Below are positions 26,093-40,180 of a stretch of 64,000 nucleotides of DNA, one piece after another. Origin of the DNA: Epiperipatus broadwayi (Eukaryota; Animalia; Onychophora). A program made the position numbers and the translations under genes. Every line of letters starts with the position of its first letter. Within the stretch, counting starts at the first letter, position 1. The stretch lies in contig JAQFVV010000003.1 in the NCBI GenBank assembly GCA_028023455.1, forward strand, positions 29,512,001 to 29,576,000, written 5' to 3'. Under the pieces are notes generated by a model. The model did no database searches. It saw only the letters and a program-made list of their open reading frames with translations, and was not told where the DNA came from.

Positions 26093-26158
26093 TGTATTGA
26101 TCAGGAAGCGAACCCAGGCCAGCTGCTTGGAAGGCACTAACCATTAGGCCACCAATGC
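26093..26158 (-). pseudogene. tRNA-Gly(UCC)-derived retrocopy or SINE head
   Basis: GCATTGGTGGCCTAATGGTTAGT-GCCTTCCAAGCAGCTGGCCTGGGTTCGCTTCCTGATCAATACA. TCC anticodon and A/B boxes present, about 6 nt missing between the D and anticodon arms, mismatched acceptor stem. Flanked by direct repeat ctagatta (26064-26071, 26164-26171). Confidence 0.8.
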
Positions 26159-28299
26159 ATTGACTAGATTACTCTTTGAATTGGAAAAAGTAACAATTAT
26201 CAAAATACTGTAAATCTACTTTTTTGCTTTTAATCAGTTCAATTTTTTAAAAAATACTAACAAATATATATCTTATTTGTATTGACACCACTTCATGAAG
26301 ACATATACAAACTTTTACAAAACCAGTCATTGGGAAATAAAACAAGATAAAAGCTAGTATACAATGGCCAAGTAATGCTAGTTTTCATTTCAATGCATTA
26401 CACTTATTACCATCAGAAATAATATTTACTCTCTTATCATTATTTAAAATCTTTATAATATTAATAGCTTTTGATGGGTGACTAATCAATCTCAAACATT
26501 TTTATTAAATGAATCAAATTTCATATTGCCTCATTGCACATTTGATATATTTGGCTGGACCAAAAAAAAAACTATTTTTATTACTGCATGATTTTCTAAA
26601 TCACATTGAATCATTGGAAATTGCTTGTTTATAACTAGAACATTTAGTAAGACTTTTGAAGTAGTTTTACTTTAAATATATTGGTGAAAATTTTAATCGT
26701 TATGCAAATAAATTCTAAGGTAAGCCCATTAGTATGTTTTTCAACTTGTTGGTTGCAATAATAAGTTTCTTCTAAAGAAACAACTTTGTTGGCTTGAACA
26801 AATGCACTACTTTGCGACGAACTTGACTATGGTTTTTATGGGAAACTCCAGTTACTTTATGAAAATATCTAAACATACTAAACAAGTGTAATAATGATAA
26901 CTCATTGGGAGGAAAGAATATAATAGAGAGCAGCAATAAAGCAAGATAGTTTTACAAAGGACAAAAAAATGATGCATAAGTGAGTGTTACAAGATCACAA
27001 ATAAATTTAATAAGCAGTTATATATATATTTTACCAATGGATTTCTAGTTATTAAATTCTATTTACAAGTAGGCGCTAATAAATAAATGACATTCTTTTT
27101 ACATAACCATATTTTTTTAAAAAAAATATTATTTCCTACTATTTTTTAAAATCTTTCAACACACTTTTTTTTTATTGACTGATAATTACTTCCTATTTTC
27201 AAAACTTCTGTATCATTTGTCTTTTTTACATTCAAGTTTTCTTGCAAATAAAATAAAAACATGATCTATAGTTGTAGGTAGCTAAATAAATGGACATTAT
27301 TAATTGGAAATCTAGGTTCACAATCAGAGAAAATTAGCATCCTCTACCTTAAGACACTAATTGCTACCTTGACTGATGACCTCAAAACCTCCTAGAAATG
27401 TGGGCCATAATCAAGTTTTATCTGTCATAATTTACAATTATTTTTACCTGCACAAAGATTTTTTAAATAAGAAATTTCAATGATAAATATTTATATAGTT
27501 GTGAAATGTAGAATGCATGTATATATTTAAATAATATTCAAGAAAAAAATCATTTTTTTTATGTATAGATTTAAAAAAATACTTATGTATGCGTATATAT
27601 ATATGTCTGTGTGTTCATATGTAGATTAAAAAATACTTATATATGCATATATGTGTATTCATATGTAACTAATGCAATACATTTGCTCATTATAGTTCTG
27701 AATACTATCAGACAGTTGAAACTATAAAAAAACAGCCATAAAATAAATTGATAATTTAAAAGTATAAAAAAAAAAGGTATATTATTACACATAAAAATAG
27801 TGAATGTTTAGTAGAATATCATAAAAGAAATTTGATAACATTATAGGAATTGGAAATAATTTGTACTTAAAAGTTTATTCCCTTTTTGTATTTAATTTAC
27901 ATTCAGATATCATTATTTATCTTTTGTTCTTTGAAGACTGTTAACAGACATTATTTACTGACTCTAATTGTCATGTGTGTTTGCTTCAATTCCAAATTCT
28001 CGTACTAACCATATATACCAAAAAAAAAGATATCAACATGTAGTATAACAATTTTCTGAGATTTATTATTCTTTATCTCAAACTGGATGAAAATCTTATG
28101 ACTATAATTTTAACAAACATTATTATGCAACTTCTCTAATTCATTAAAAAAAAAGTTAGACTAAAATGATTTGCATACAAATTTTATTCCTCCTAACTGT
28201 AATAAGTTATTGCTGAAAGCAAACAAAATACAAAAAAAGATTGACTAAAAGAAATTTGTAAAAAGATGATTTTTGTTTTTTCAATTCAGCACTTTTACA

Positions 28300-29166
28300 T
28301 TAAAAAAAAATCCAGTGACGTATTTTGTAATTTGAATGTTCAGCCTGTAAATAATGCATTAATTTTGTTGGCCTCATACATTCATTGAATACAATTTCTC
28401 TGCAAATAATGCATTGAGGGTCTGGGTAAATTTTCTTCGAGTCAGGCCAAGAAATTAAACCAAATTTTAAATAAACAGAATTGAATTGATGAATAACAGT
28501 ACATTTTTGTTTTGTCTTAAGCGAATCATTTTGTGAATAAATATCTTCATTAGCTTTCACAGTACCTATACTTGGTTTTTGAAAAAAGTCTGAAATAGTT
28601 TTTGATGATTTCTTGTTATTCATTTTTAAATGACTAAAATTTATCAAAAAAGTAACTATCAAGTATTTAATATATTTTAATTTCTTATCAGCTTAATATC
28701 TGATACGCTCTCTAATGGGGAACAGAATATTAAACTGATTTTTGGAATTAGGTGGAGAGTTAGGGGCTTGCTCCGCCTCCACCACGGGCTGACCTGGTAT
28801 TGCTGTACTTCCAAGAATGGCCCACTTCTCTTCCCAGAGAAAAATAAAATATATTTTAATTTATAATACACACCTATTATATAGTAATTCCTATCACTGC
28901 ATTTCCAATCAGCTGGTTACAGCAAACTACATAGTATATATGACTAACATGTTAGTTATTTTTGTGCATCTTTTGTTTCCGAGTTTATTTTCTATGAAAA
29001 AAGCAACAAACAAAAGAAAATCTGGGAACTGAATTAGAGATAAATTTAATAAAATTGGTCATAATTTAAAAATTGTAAAAAATATGTAATAAATATTAGA
29101 CCAAATTTATAAGCTTTTTGCAGACCACTAAAATTTTTCTGTGAACTACTTGATTGAGAAACATTG
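28300..29166 (-). mobile_element. hAT (Buster/Charlie-like) DNA transposon 5' fragment
   Basis: ORF 28300-28662 has YLKFG...PQCIICREIVFNECMRPTKLMHYLQAEH, the BED-finger N-terminus of Buster/ZBED5-type transposases. TIR-like CAATGTTTCTCAA starts at 29166 on the minus strand. The other end was not found. Confidence 0.75.
28682..28826 (+). pseudogene. U2: 5'-truncated U2 snRNA retrocopy
   Basis: TTCTTATCAGCTTAATATCTGATA...AAACTGATTTTTGGAA (Sm site)...GGGGCTTGCTCC...GACCTGGTATTGCTGTAC...GGCCCAC matches U2 from about nt 43 to its 3' end. 15 bp TSD aatatattttaattt at 28669-28683 and 28848-28862. Confidence 0.93.
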
Positions 29167-30479
29167 ATCTGACCAATAAAACTATGAATTTTTTTTTTTT
29201 GAACTACTGTTAATTTTTTTAAAATACTCTACAAATTGTATTTATTTTACATAAATGCAACAAAATTCAATAAAAATTTAATAATATATAATTATTGCTA
29301 ATGTTTTAATAATCTAAATAATAAAATATTTTTTGACAATAAAGGTATTTTCTTTTAATAGCTGCCATTATTTTAATATCAAAAATTGCAAGATTAGTTT
29401 AAAATTGAGCAAATAAATATTTTCAATTTATATTTAGTATTTGATAATTAATTGCATAATACATTGTCATTTTTTCTTTCAAAATAATTACAATAACTAA
29501 TATTTTGGTTGTTTAACATTTTTTGCTACAAGCAAAATAATGTTCTTAAAAGTGTTTGTTAATCGGATTGCTTGAATATATTTTATCTTAATGCACACAT
29601 TTTAAAATTTAATATTTTCATGTTGTTTGTTATACATAATTTTTGATTACTTATTGTACTGAATGTCACTGGCAATTTTTTGCTTTTATAATTATTAATG
29701 ATGAAAATTGCTTTACTTTCGATATGTCATAAATGAAAATAGACTGTCTAGCAAGGACACCGAGTGAAAATCAGATAAAATATATTAATCATATTTTAAT
29801 TCTATAATAAAAACAATATTGGATACTGTATAATGAATAAACTATACCATACATTTTTATTGGCAAAGTTGGTAATAAATGTCATAGCTTTACCAGTCAG
29901 TATCCTATGACATCATAAATGTTTCCAACTGGCCATTGTTTTAATTTTTTTTTAATGATATTGAATAAATTATAAATCCAAATTGCAGGTACAAATTGAT
30001 GATTATCATTATGGAAAATCTTCACATAAAGATCCATTGGTATATTTTAAATATTTAATTAATTTGGCATGTATTGTTTTCAATGTATTTTTATTTTTAA
30101 AATCTTTCTATCAACTAAAAGAATTTTCTTATTCTTAAGAAAATTTTTTATTTATTAGTAAATGGTGAATATTCTGTGCACAATGTACACACACATAAAC
30201 ATATATTGATACAACATATAGTATTTGTTAAAATAAATTATTTGCTTGTTGAATGCATGCTCTCATTTTATTTAAATGATCTAATTTTTCCCCTTGCTTT
30301 GCTTATTTTTTAAAGTTATCAGTTGGAAGAATTCTATGCTGTAATAAACCATTTTTTTCTGACTTATGAAATGATTATTTCATATTCCCCTAAGCAATAT
30401 ATATATACAAAAGTGTTTCCCTTCTTTTCAATAAAATTCAGATATTTCATTTAATCTTGATCTTTTTGTTAATATTCCT

Positions 30480-32010
30480 AAATGGTCAAAGGCTCTTTGC
30501 ACTGTAATTCTTTATTCCTCATTTTCACGAGATCCAGTTAGTTTGTCTTAGTCTCTCATTTTTGGATTGATTTTGGCATCCTTGGTGAATCCTCTTCTCT
30601 AGCTATTTCTATTCTCCCACCTATTATCTCTAAAATCTGGTCTATGACTATAGTAAAAAGTTTGCATAGTAACTGTCTATAGTTCATAACCGAGTAGTTT
30701 TTCAAATTTTCTCTGGAGATTCTTTAAATAAATTTGTCATTTATCTATGGTCATCAGCAGTTCAACCATTTTTTCAATACCTTAATTCTTTATATTTACA
30801 GCTGATGGCATGTTACAGCATATTGTTCAGATAATCAGCCCCTCTAATAATATAAAGACTAATTTTAGAGATCTCAGCTTTGAAATTTGTCATTCTTTGC
30901 TGTAAAAGCTATACAGAATTGCCTGGTCTAGATTATAAAAGTTTGAGGTTTAACCCAGAGTCAATGATACATCATGCTATGCAGATTTCACACCACTATT
31001 AATTTCTCTTCCCTCAATAATTAAAAATCTTTTAGATTTTCCAAATCCCATATCACTTTTAAATATTTTTATTTGGATACATTATCCTACTATATGGCAA
31101 TCATTCCCCCCCCCCCACAAGTACAAAATTCTTTCCTTTTGGTTTTCTTTATATTTCTCATGAAATCACTGCATATCATCATAATTCTGTTTCATTCTTT
31201 GATTAATTTCATTCAATCTAATTTCTGTAGGATGGTTGTCTCATCTCAATGTTTTTTATTTTGCTATTTCCTCCATTTCTCTCAATTTTTCCCTGTAACA
31301 TTTCCAGTACTAGGCAATTTTGCTGGTTTGACATTCCAAATCTCTTAAAAATAAACTATTTTTGTACAGATGTGGTTCCTTTTGTCTAGTTTTTTCAATT
31401 ACTATTTCCTCTTGATCATCAATGTTTCTTTAATTCTGCTTCATTACAATGTATATTCTATAATCTAATTTTATTTTGTAACGTTTCTAGAGTTTTGCAT
31501 GCTTCTCTATCCTCTTTGACCTATGTGATCTTTCTTCATGTTATCTACATGCATTCTCTGCACGTATTTTCTTTTGCAGTTGTCTGCATTTTCCCTATAC
31601 TCTTTTCCAAATTACTTTTAACTACTATAATGTTGTTCTTTATCTCTTTCACTTTACTCTTCACTAACTTTAATGATTATCAGATTACTTCCAGAGAAGC
31701 TACTTGCTTGTCTTTTTTTTAAGTATATTCTGAAATTCTCTTTAAATACTTTTATTGCTACATTTGGTTCTTTAAATATCACCTCTGAACTTTCTTCATC
31801 TCCCTTGTTCTAAATTTACATAATCTTACTCCATGCTTTCAGACTCAAGATTTTCCATTCACTTTTATTTCAATCATTCTATGTTGTGTGCTTTTTAATA
31901 ACTCTACTAAACAAAATTCCTTCTTAGACAGATTTCTAAATTTCACCGAACTCCATGCTTTTCTTTTTCACATGATCCATTTTCCTCTATGTATTATTTA
32001 AACTTATTCT
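30480..32010 (-). mobile_element. Decayed LINE (APE endonuclease to early RT)
   Basis: Residual RT motifs on the minus strand (NYRQLLCKLFTIVIDQ...EEDS...AFDH, resembling NYRxISLL...KxF...EEQxGF...KAFD) plus EN-like segments. Heavily interrupted. Confidence 0.6.
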
Positions 32011-34869
32011 TTTATACTTTCACACTTTTTTTCCATATGTTGCATTTGAGTGATTCATCCAACTAGTGTCCAATGATTGAGTTGTAATTAGATTATATAT
32101 ATTTAGAGTTAGTATCATCTTATTTTGTGAGGTCAGACTATAATATTCTCAGGTTTGATATAATCGGATGTAGATAATACCAAAATTAATTAAATCATAT
32201 CTTAAAGAATATTTTTTTAAATGAATCTCATATTGGCAATACCAAGAATTAAACAAAATATTATGTAATGGTCACTATATGAAGTAGCTATTGATACATG
32301 GACTTCCCATCAGATGATATTTCTAGGTTAGTACATTAAACCAATGTGATCTAAAAATATAATACTCATCTATTTACACAATAGTATAAAAGATAACCAA
32401 TAGATGTCCTAATCCTCAACAGCATCTTTCATCATTATGGATATATAGGTCAGAAAGAAACAACTCTTTTTTATGTATTTTGACAATCAAATCTCATTCT
32501 CCAAATACTTCACCACATAGACACAATATCAAATTCTAATACTAAATAAATTAAATATTTTACTAGCATGTAAGTTAAAATATAATTCCATAAGCATGAA
32601 GTTTAAGATACAATTCAATTATCTTGTTAACAAAATAAACTAATAAAATGAAAATGAGTGCTCCAAAACATTAATTCTAAACTTCATATTTTAATATAAA
32701 AGACAATATTAATAAATTATCCTTTTTTCTATATAACTATAATGATGAGCCTAATTTATACAATACATGAGAGTATTTCTTATTAGTCATTTTGTTTAAA
32801 TATCCCCATCTCCAATAAGAGCCATAAGGAAAGGTGAAAAATCATTCATGAAAAATATGAATTTCTGAATAGCTATGGATATATTTGAATATTTATTTGA
32901 TTAATAGATCATAATAGGATTTGTATAAATCCTAATGAAAATAAAAATTCTCTTAAAAATAAATAATAAAAAAACTTTTGATAGTTTAATTTATTCACAA
33001 ATTTCTTATATTTAAATATTCATCATACACAATAATTACTATTCCATAATAAAACTCAATTCAAGAACAACGTTGAAAAGCATATTTTCCCTCTATTTAT
33101 GTTTATATTGATTAAAAAAGCAATGAGATTGGAATCAAGGAAACACAGTTTTTCAACTCCTGCTTTATAATATCATTTTTGAATGTTTCACATTGACATG
33201 AAAGTGAAAAAAATATGATTTATTAAACAATTTATACACAAAGTTATGAATCATGCATGTCTGAATCATTAATAATAACATAATTCAATATCTATTTAAC
33301 AATTCAGTTGGCTACTTACATGGAGGTACAAATAATATATCCACATAAATCCCCAGCATCAAAATAATATAAATGGGCAGATGTGATTTGGACACTGGTA
33401 TAAACAAACAACAGTTCTTATCTTCTACTAACTTTGTTTGGTTCATTATCAATGTGCATGCATAAATAATTCTGGAAAAATAATTACATCAATACAAAAA
33501 TATATTTCTTTTGCAACATACAAATTGTATATCATTAATTTAAACCTTTGCAGGAATACGACATTCGCATATATAATCTCGACATACTAATATGTGACAA
33601 TCATTAATGGAATCCTTATTTTAAACCTTTAATAAATTAATGCATTCATATCGGACATTAAGTGATTCTATATGAAAATAAAGATACATGCATGCATATC
33701 TCAGCTTTAATATCTCTATAAACTACTGCTACTAAATTTTCTCATTCAAATTACTTATACATATATTTTGATAAAATGTCATAAGTCACAACAAACAAGT
33801 ATGAACTTAAAATAATTGTCAAACTCAGGTTTAGTCCTGCTGTTTACAAAAATTCATCCCATTATAAATTTATGTAAAAATATTATTATATCTTAAAATA
33901 TTACAAAATTCACCACTTCCTTTATATCTTAAAATAATTTAAATTTTACTTTTTCATTAACATAAAATTTTGCTGTATTTTCAATAAATATTAGTTTTAT
34001 CTAAAGCTAGTATCTAAAATATTAAGACATCTTAACATCTATAAATGTAATATCATTCAGTACTCTATATAAATTGTATAAACCATATCATAAATACATA
34101 AGAATAATATTAAAACATATACAAGATTTATTAGCCGAAAGTCATCCATCTTTATACAATTCCTATCAAAGTTTTTTAAAAAAATTTATGAATGACTCAA
34201 CTAGTTTTAAATTAGGAACAGGTTTGTAAATGAAGCTTCTTTGCAATTCATTTTCACTGTTATAATAGGTTTGTAAGTTTTGATGGTGGTGTCCTTTTTT
34301 TAAAAATTTCCATTAGTAAAATCTATAAGGTTTCTTTTTTGTTTTAAACAATTTTAATGCAATCACAGTAATATAAAATTTTCAAGAATTAAAGATTCCA
34401 TGGTCAGAATAGTGAAACAAAAGCATTTCAGATATTCTGTATGAAACTGGCTCATAGCTCAAGAATGCCCAAGACTGATTAGCCTGTCATTAGACTTTGA
34501 ACTGCCAACGGTTTTTTTAGATTTGTTAAGAAGTAATTTCCTATCTAATACAACTAAAGAGCATATATCAACTTTTTAAGTTCTAGCCAAATATACAACT
34601 GTTTTTTGAACAGAATATTAATTACTGATAATTTTGTAAAAAAAAAAAAGTCCATTATCAGTCATGTATTCTAGGAATTAATCCACCCAATGTAATGTTT
34701 GTGCTGTGCTATTTTTAATTTATTTAATGCTTTTATATCATTATTATTTAACTTTTCTCATCTGGGTAGCACTCAAATTTATGTTAGTAAATTGATGAAT
34801 AAAGCCTTCTAAGTCCAACTCTTGAAAAAATTTAATTCTATAAATTATTTTGTATTAAAAAAATATAAA

Positions 34870-35620
34870 TGTAATAGTTATATTGAAATATAAGTATAAT
34901 GTATATACTTAATCTAGATGTAATTGAAGGGGATTTGAACCCAGACTTTTAAGCTCCTTACACTCAATCCACTTTATCCAATATAACCGATATCCATGAC
35001 CAGACATGAAAAAGCTAAATGATCTCCAATATGCGGATCACCATCTTCCACACACATATATAATCAGTGCTTGATTTATATTAAGATAGTAAAATCTACA
35101 CACTTCAATCCTCTTCATTCTCCAATTCTTTAGCCATCTATATGGCTGAAAGTCTGATAATGGAATGCTCAAAGCCCTTGATGATGCTAATATTATAGTC
35201 ATATTCATACTGGCCTTAAGTAAATCTGACCCCTCATACATAGGACTTTGATGTCCATTCAAATACACAAGAGGGATGGGCAGAATATGTAATATTGAAA
35301 TACAAGTATATATTCTTAACCTAGATGTAATTAAAGGGAATTTGAACCCAGACTTTCAAGCTCCTTAAAGTCATCCATTCTATCTAATATAACTGATAAA
35401 CATGACTACATACATGTGAAAAAGATGATTTTCAATATACCTATTTCATGCTAAATTAGCACTCATCAGTTGGTCTAGATCATTTCCAACACATATATAT
35501 ATATATAATGTGTTCGGTTTGTATTAAGATAGCAAATCTACATAATGGACAGGCTTTAATGGATGGTAGAGAGCTTGACAGTCTGGGTTCAAATTCCCTT
35601 TAATTATATTTAATAGTTGT
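34870..35620. mobile_element. Three diverged copies of a tRNA-related SINE-like repeat (two on minus, one partial on plus)
   Basis: B-box GGTTCAAAT(T)CC at 34931-34941 (-), 35337-35348 (-) and 35586-35597 (+), each within a shared context agctt.aaagtctgggttcaaat.ccct.taatta. Confidence 0.65.
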
Positions 35621-37379
35621 ATACTATATAAATGTTTACTATCCTAATTTTGTAAAATTATATACAGTATAACAAATTTTTTTTATGGTAAATAAAATTA
35701 GTATATTACCATATTAAAACAAGGTTACAAGCAAGGTTGTATAATTTATTTCCAATTTACTTAGTAATAGTGAAAAAAGTATAATCAAATTACTTTTTAA
35801 CATTATCCTACCTAGACAAATAAAGACACTAACAAAAGGTAAGCATTTCTGCCAATCATCAATCAGTTCACATTCTCTCAATTGTCATCATTTTATTATT
35901 TATCCATTGTTTTACCATGGATTTCATATATAAACTTTTAATGTTAAATGTTTTCAAATATATTATTGTGCATATCCAGAATAAAAGAGATGACATTAAC
36001 TAAGTTTAACATCTATATCTGAATTAATAACTATCTCTAATCTAATAAACAACGGCATATATTTATTTAAAAAGATAGTAATTGTCATTATGATTGTAAA
36101 GGATCTGGAGTTCATATTAAAAAATTATTAATTTTTTTTTCTTTTTTTGATATATGAAAGTCAATTTTTTTGTTTGTTACTTTTGTAATAAAGTTCAAAG
36201 GATCAAGACTCCCTTAAAAATGATTTTTTTTTTTTTTTTAATTATCAATGTAAATCATTTAAAATATTTTAATGTTCATGTGTAAAAAATAAATAAATTG
36301 GAAACTGATATCATTTAATTACTATGGCCATTTAAATTGTGATTTTTAATACGAAATTCCTCTTATCAGTTATCCATAATTAAATAAATAAAAAAAATTA
36401 AATTTGTTTACTTCATAATATATATATCAATAGTTTGCGACTAGCAGCAAATTTCAATATTAAATTACTCAAACAATATAAACTAATATGTAAATATTTA
36501 AAGTTATAAATATGAAATAAAATATCAACATTGATATTTACATAAATATTTAAAATTAAGCATCACAATATTGCATACAATTTATCTTTATATATTAGTT
36601 TATGCACGAAGTGTTCTTTCAACAGATTTATTTATATACATCTAAAAATATATGATTGATTTATAAATTCTACAAACACATATAAAAGGTATCATTTATA
36701 TATATTGTTTGCATAGAGATGACTATAAAGAGGTGCTATTTATTTACTAAAACATCATAAAATATTAATGATTTAGTGACCATTTTTATTATATATTAAT
36801 GAAAAGAAAGTGCTTTGTAATAAGAACCAGTAAAAATACTCATTTCTCTTCTAGTGGTAATCTCAAACTACAAATATAAACATTTATTACAAAAAAAAAA
36901 AGGAATATGTATATATATTTAAAAAAAGGCTGTTAGAATATGTAATCACTAAAATGGAAAAATACTTCAGTAAATTTTATCTTGCAATTCAGTAGTACTT
37001 ACTTAGCAAGACTAGGAAAATTATAAATAGGATATAAATCATCTCTTGTTACAAAATATTTTTAATATGATGCCTTATTTATAAACACTTTCACTTACCT
37101 TTACAAGAAAACATTAAAATAAAAAGAAAAGACAACCATTTTTATAAAATTAATAAGATAAATTTGTACTTAATAAAAAATATATACATATTTGGATTAA
37201 ATGCTTGAAAATGAAAACTAAAAAAAGCTTGAAAATTAAATTCTTGTAGGAACAGAGAAATGAGCCTAAAATGGAATTCTTATACTACTTACATATGCTA
37301 AGCATGCTTTCGATATCATAATCATAGCAGTACATCTGCAGTGTAATATAAAGTATGTAAATAAGTAGGTTTACATCAC

Positions 37380-39060
37380 CCATTTTTTAGAGGGGAAGTA
37401 GCATTGTTGACGATATGCAAGACTTCTTTACTTTGCATCATTCTGTTCTAAACTTACCACATTGGTTTAATGTAGGATCAAAATTATTGTCAAGTTTGTT
37501 TTTATTATCTACAAATATGAATTTATGATCTTTATTCTTGGTGCTGGGCAACTCTTCTTGCCAAATTAACATGAGATTGTCCAAAATAAACCATTGCAAT
37601 TAGCATGATTGCAGGAATTCTTTTATAGAAAAATAAAACCAAGCAGTTTATTTTTAATATTGATATAAATATGGAATTATTAATTGTTTTAGAATAGGTG
37701 GGGTGTAGAGCTGATTCTGTGTGTCTGAGCAAAGGTTAAAGATATTAGGGGCTGAAATTGGTTTTGGTATAAAATCTGTTATTAATGAGCATCCTGTATT
37801 TACATCCAAAATGACATATAATTGTCAATATTAGATTTGCAATCTGAATCAAGTTTGCACAAACTAAAGTTTCTACATAGAAATGCTTTCAGATCTGCAA
37901 ATTTATGTGAATTAGTAGTTAAGAATTCTGGTCGTATTATAGTCTAACCTGGTTGGGTTTTATTATCATTTTCTAGTTTAGTTAATTGCTTTCCCTCTGA
38001 ATATATGTAGAGGAATTTTATTTTTTTGGAGGGCGGCTTCACGCTTGATGGTCCAGGTTAGTAAGGATTTTTGTGCTCGTTTTATATTATTGATTACAGG
38101 CTCGGGAGCACAGATAAAACGTCTATGTATCTCATGTATATAATCCCGGATGTGAATTGGAAATATTTTGGTATGACTTATTTTGACATTAACATGATGC
38201 TATATATACCGCTAGTAGACAGTCCCATCATCCAACCAATTTTCCATTGTGCAATAACATACATTAGAGAGGGTGATTATGTCTTCATTAATAATTAAGA
38301 CATTCGATAAAGTTGATACTCTTAAATAGTTATTAATTTTTATTAACAGATCGTTAATTATCTCAATTGTTTCCTACATATCGATTCATATAATTCCGTA
38401 ACATCTAATGATGCGAATCTATATTGTTTATTAATTATTGTATTTTTAATTTTGTGAATGCATTCAAAAGATGATTTAATTGTTAGCAAGCTATATTCAA
38501 GTTGGTCAATGAGTCAGTCGTTTATCATTTTTATAATAGTAGGCTCCTCTGAAATTGATTATTAACCTTGGAGGACAGTCAGTTTTTATTAATTTAGTGT
38601 TGGCAAACATTCTGGGGAGGGATTGCTGCAGATGGATAAATTTTTAAACATTCGCTTTTTATTGTAAAACTTCCTAAGGATTAGGAAGTAAAATTATCTT
38701 CGTTTTTTTTTAGGTGTAAATTCAACTTATCGATTTGTATATTTTGTGCAGGTACTCGTTTGTCTAATGATACTTATTTCTTTCTTTTATACAAATAATT
38801 TGGTTGTCTTGCACATAGCGTTTGGTAGCATTTATATCTTTTGTTCAGGTATTATTCTTTGCTTTGATTTGTGCCTAATCATTTGTGCAAATTTCCCAAT
38901 AAACCTATCACTATGCAGATTGTCTGAGAATTTTGTTTCAATGGCTGTAATGACTTCCATCATAAAGTCCTTCCAACTGTCGCTGCTGAACTGCGATCCA
39001 AATTCTAATATTGTCTTAACATTATCAGATGGAATGTTATCGACTTAGTTAACAATGCTG
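37380..39060 (-). mobile_element. Decayed Penelope-like element (RT plus GIY-YIG endonuclease)
   Basis: LEFGSQF...EVITAIE N-terminus near 38930-39010. GWMMGLSTSGIY...YMRYIDV RT core near 38110-38250. YKRIPAIMLIAMVYFGQSHVNLARRVAQH (ORF 37532-37732) matches the GIY-YIG pattern YxIPC..CxxxYIGQT..L..R..EH. Confidence 0.8.
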
Positions 39061-39279
39061 TAAATAATAGTGATCTATTTTTATTTGTTTTTTTTGCAAA
39101 GAATGTCAATTTTTCCATGTAACTGAAATTTAATTTTGAAGTTATAATGTTAAACATTAAAATAAAATTATCAAAAATAAAAATTTACTAATTAGTTTTA
39201 TATCAAGAATTTTATATAAATATAGCAACTTCATAAAAATATTATCTCTAAGAATCTTACCTAACTACTTTTGCTGTTG

Positions 39280-40180
39280 ATATAATGCCAATCTCATTTC
39301 AGCCTTTATCTATCAGATTTTCAATTAACGTAAGTGAAGGATTATTATTTCTATTACATTAATAACATATATTTTTTTCTACCTTTTCAATGCATCCACT
39401 GCCTTTACTAATAGTTTATCAATTCTATTTTTCCCTTATTGGTTCATTCTTTGTGATTCTTTTTTCAATCAAATTCATTTTTTCAACTATTATATATTAA
39501 ATCAAACTTAGTCTTTATAATTTTTTGCCCATCACTTTCTATTCATTCTTTTACTTTTGTTTCATGTTTTAAAGTCATTGTTAAATCTTAATCCAATGTT
39601 TCCCTTTCATTTATCATATCAGTACCTCCCCCCCCCCCCCATTTCTTTCTTTCATAATCTACTGTCTTTTATTGCAGCAGCCTTTAATATTTCCTTGAAT
39701 AATTTCATATTTATGTTAAATTATTTTCAGTATTTTCCTATTCAACCAATCTGAAAAACTGATTTGTAACATTCTTTTTCAATTTATCAATAGTCTATCT
39801 TTTTTAATCTCAAGCCAACTCCTTTTAAGATATAACCCCAACTCTACTGCCATTAAATTTTCATCAGAATCTTTTATCAGCTCCATGTAGTGCACATTTA
39901 TTCTTAATTCTGTTCCTAATCTTTGTATTAAAATATAATCTATTTCTATTATAAAGACCTTACCATATATAAATCTCAAGATTTTAAAACTATGTGTTCA
40001 TATTACTATTGTACTTTCTTTATAAAGTTTTACCTTTTATCTCTATCATTCTTTAATCTATAATCTCTTACTACTTAATCATCCTTTCTTTGTCTCGTCA
40101 GAACATTCCAATATCTCATTATACCACAAATTTGTATTCATTTTCAATTTCTTCATATATGATTTCATCTAACCACTGAT
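39280..40180 (-). mobile_element. Decayed LINE fragment (end of endonuclease plus linker)
   Basis: ORF 39779-39979 EIDYILIQ...DSDENLMAVEL resembles the APE C-terminal IDY...SDH motif. Confidence 0.55.

Noticed and set aside
27370-27405. CTGATGA...GAAA spacing suggesting a hammerhead ribozyme
   Set aside because: The intervening sequence cannot form stem II.
37085-37135. Pyrimidine tract followed by AAG|GTAAGT on minus, like a recursive splice site
   Set aside because: The acceptor is AAG rather than YAG and no host gene is defined there.
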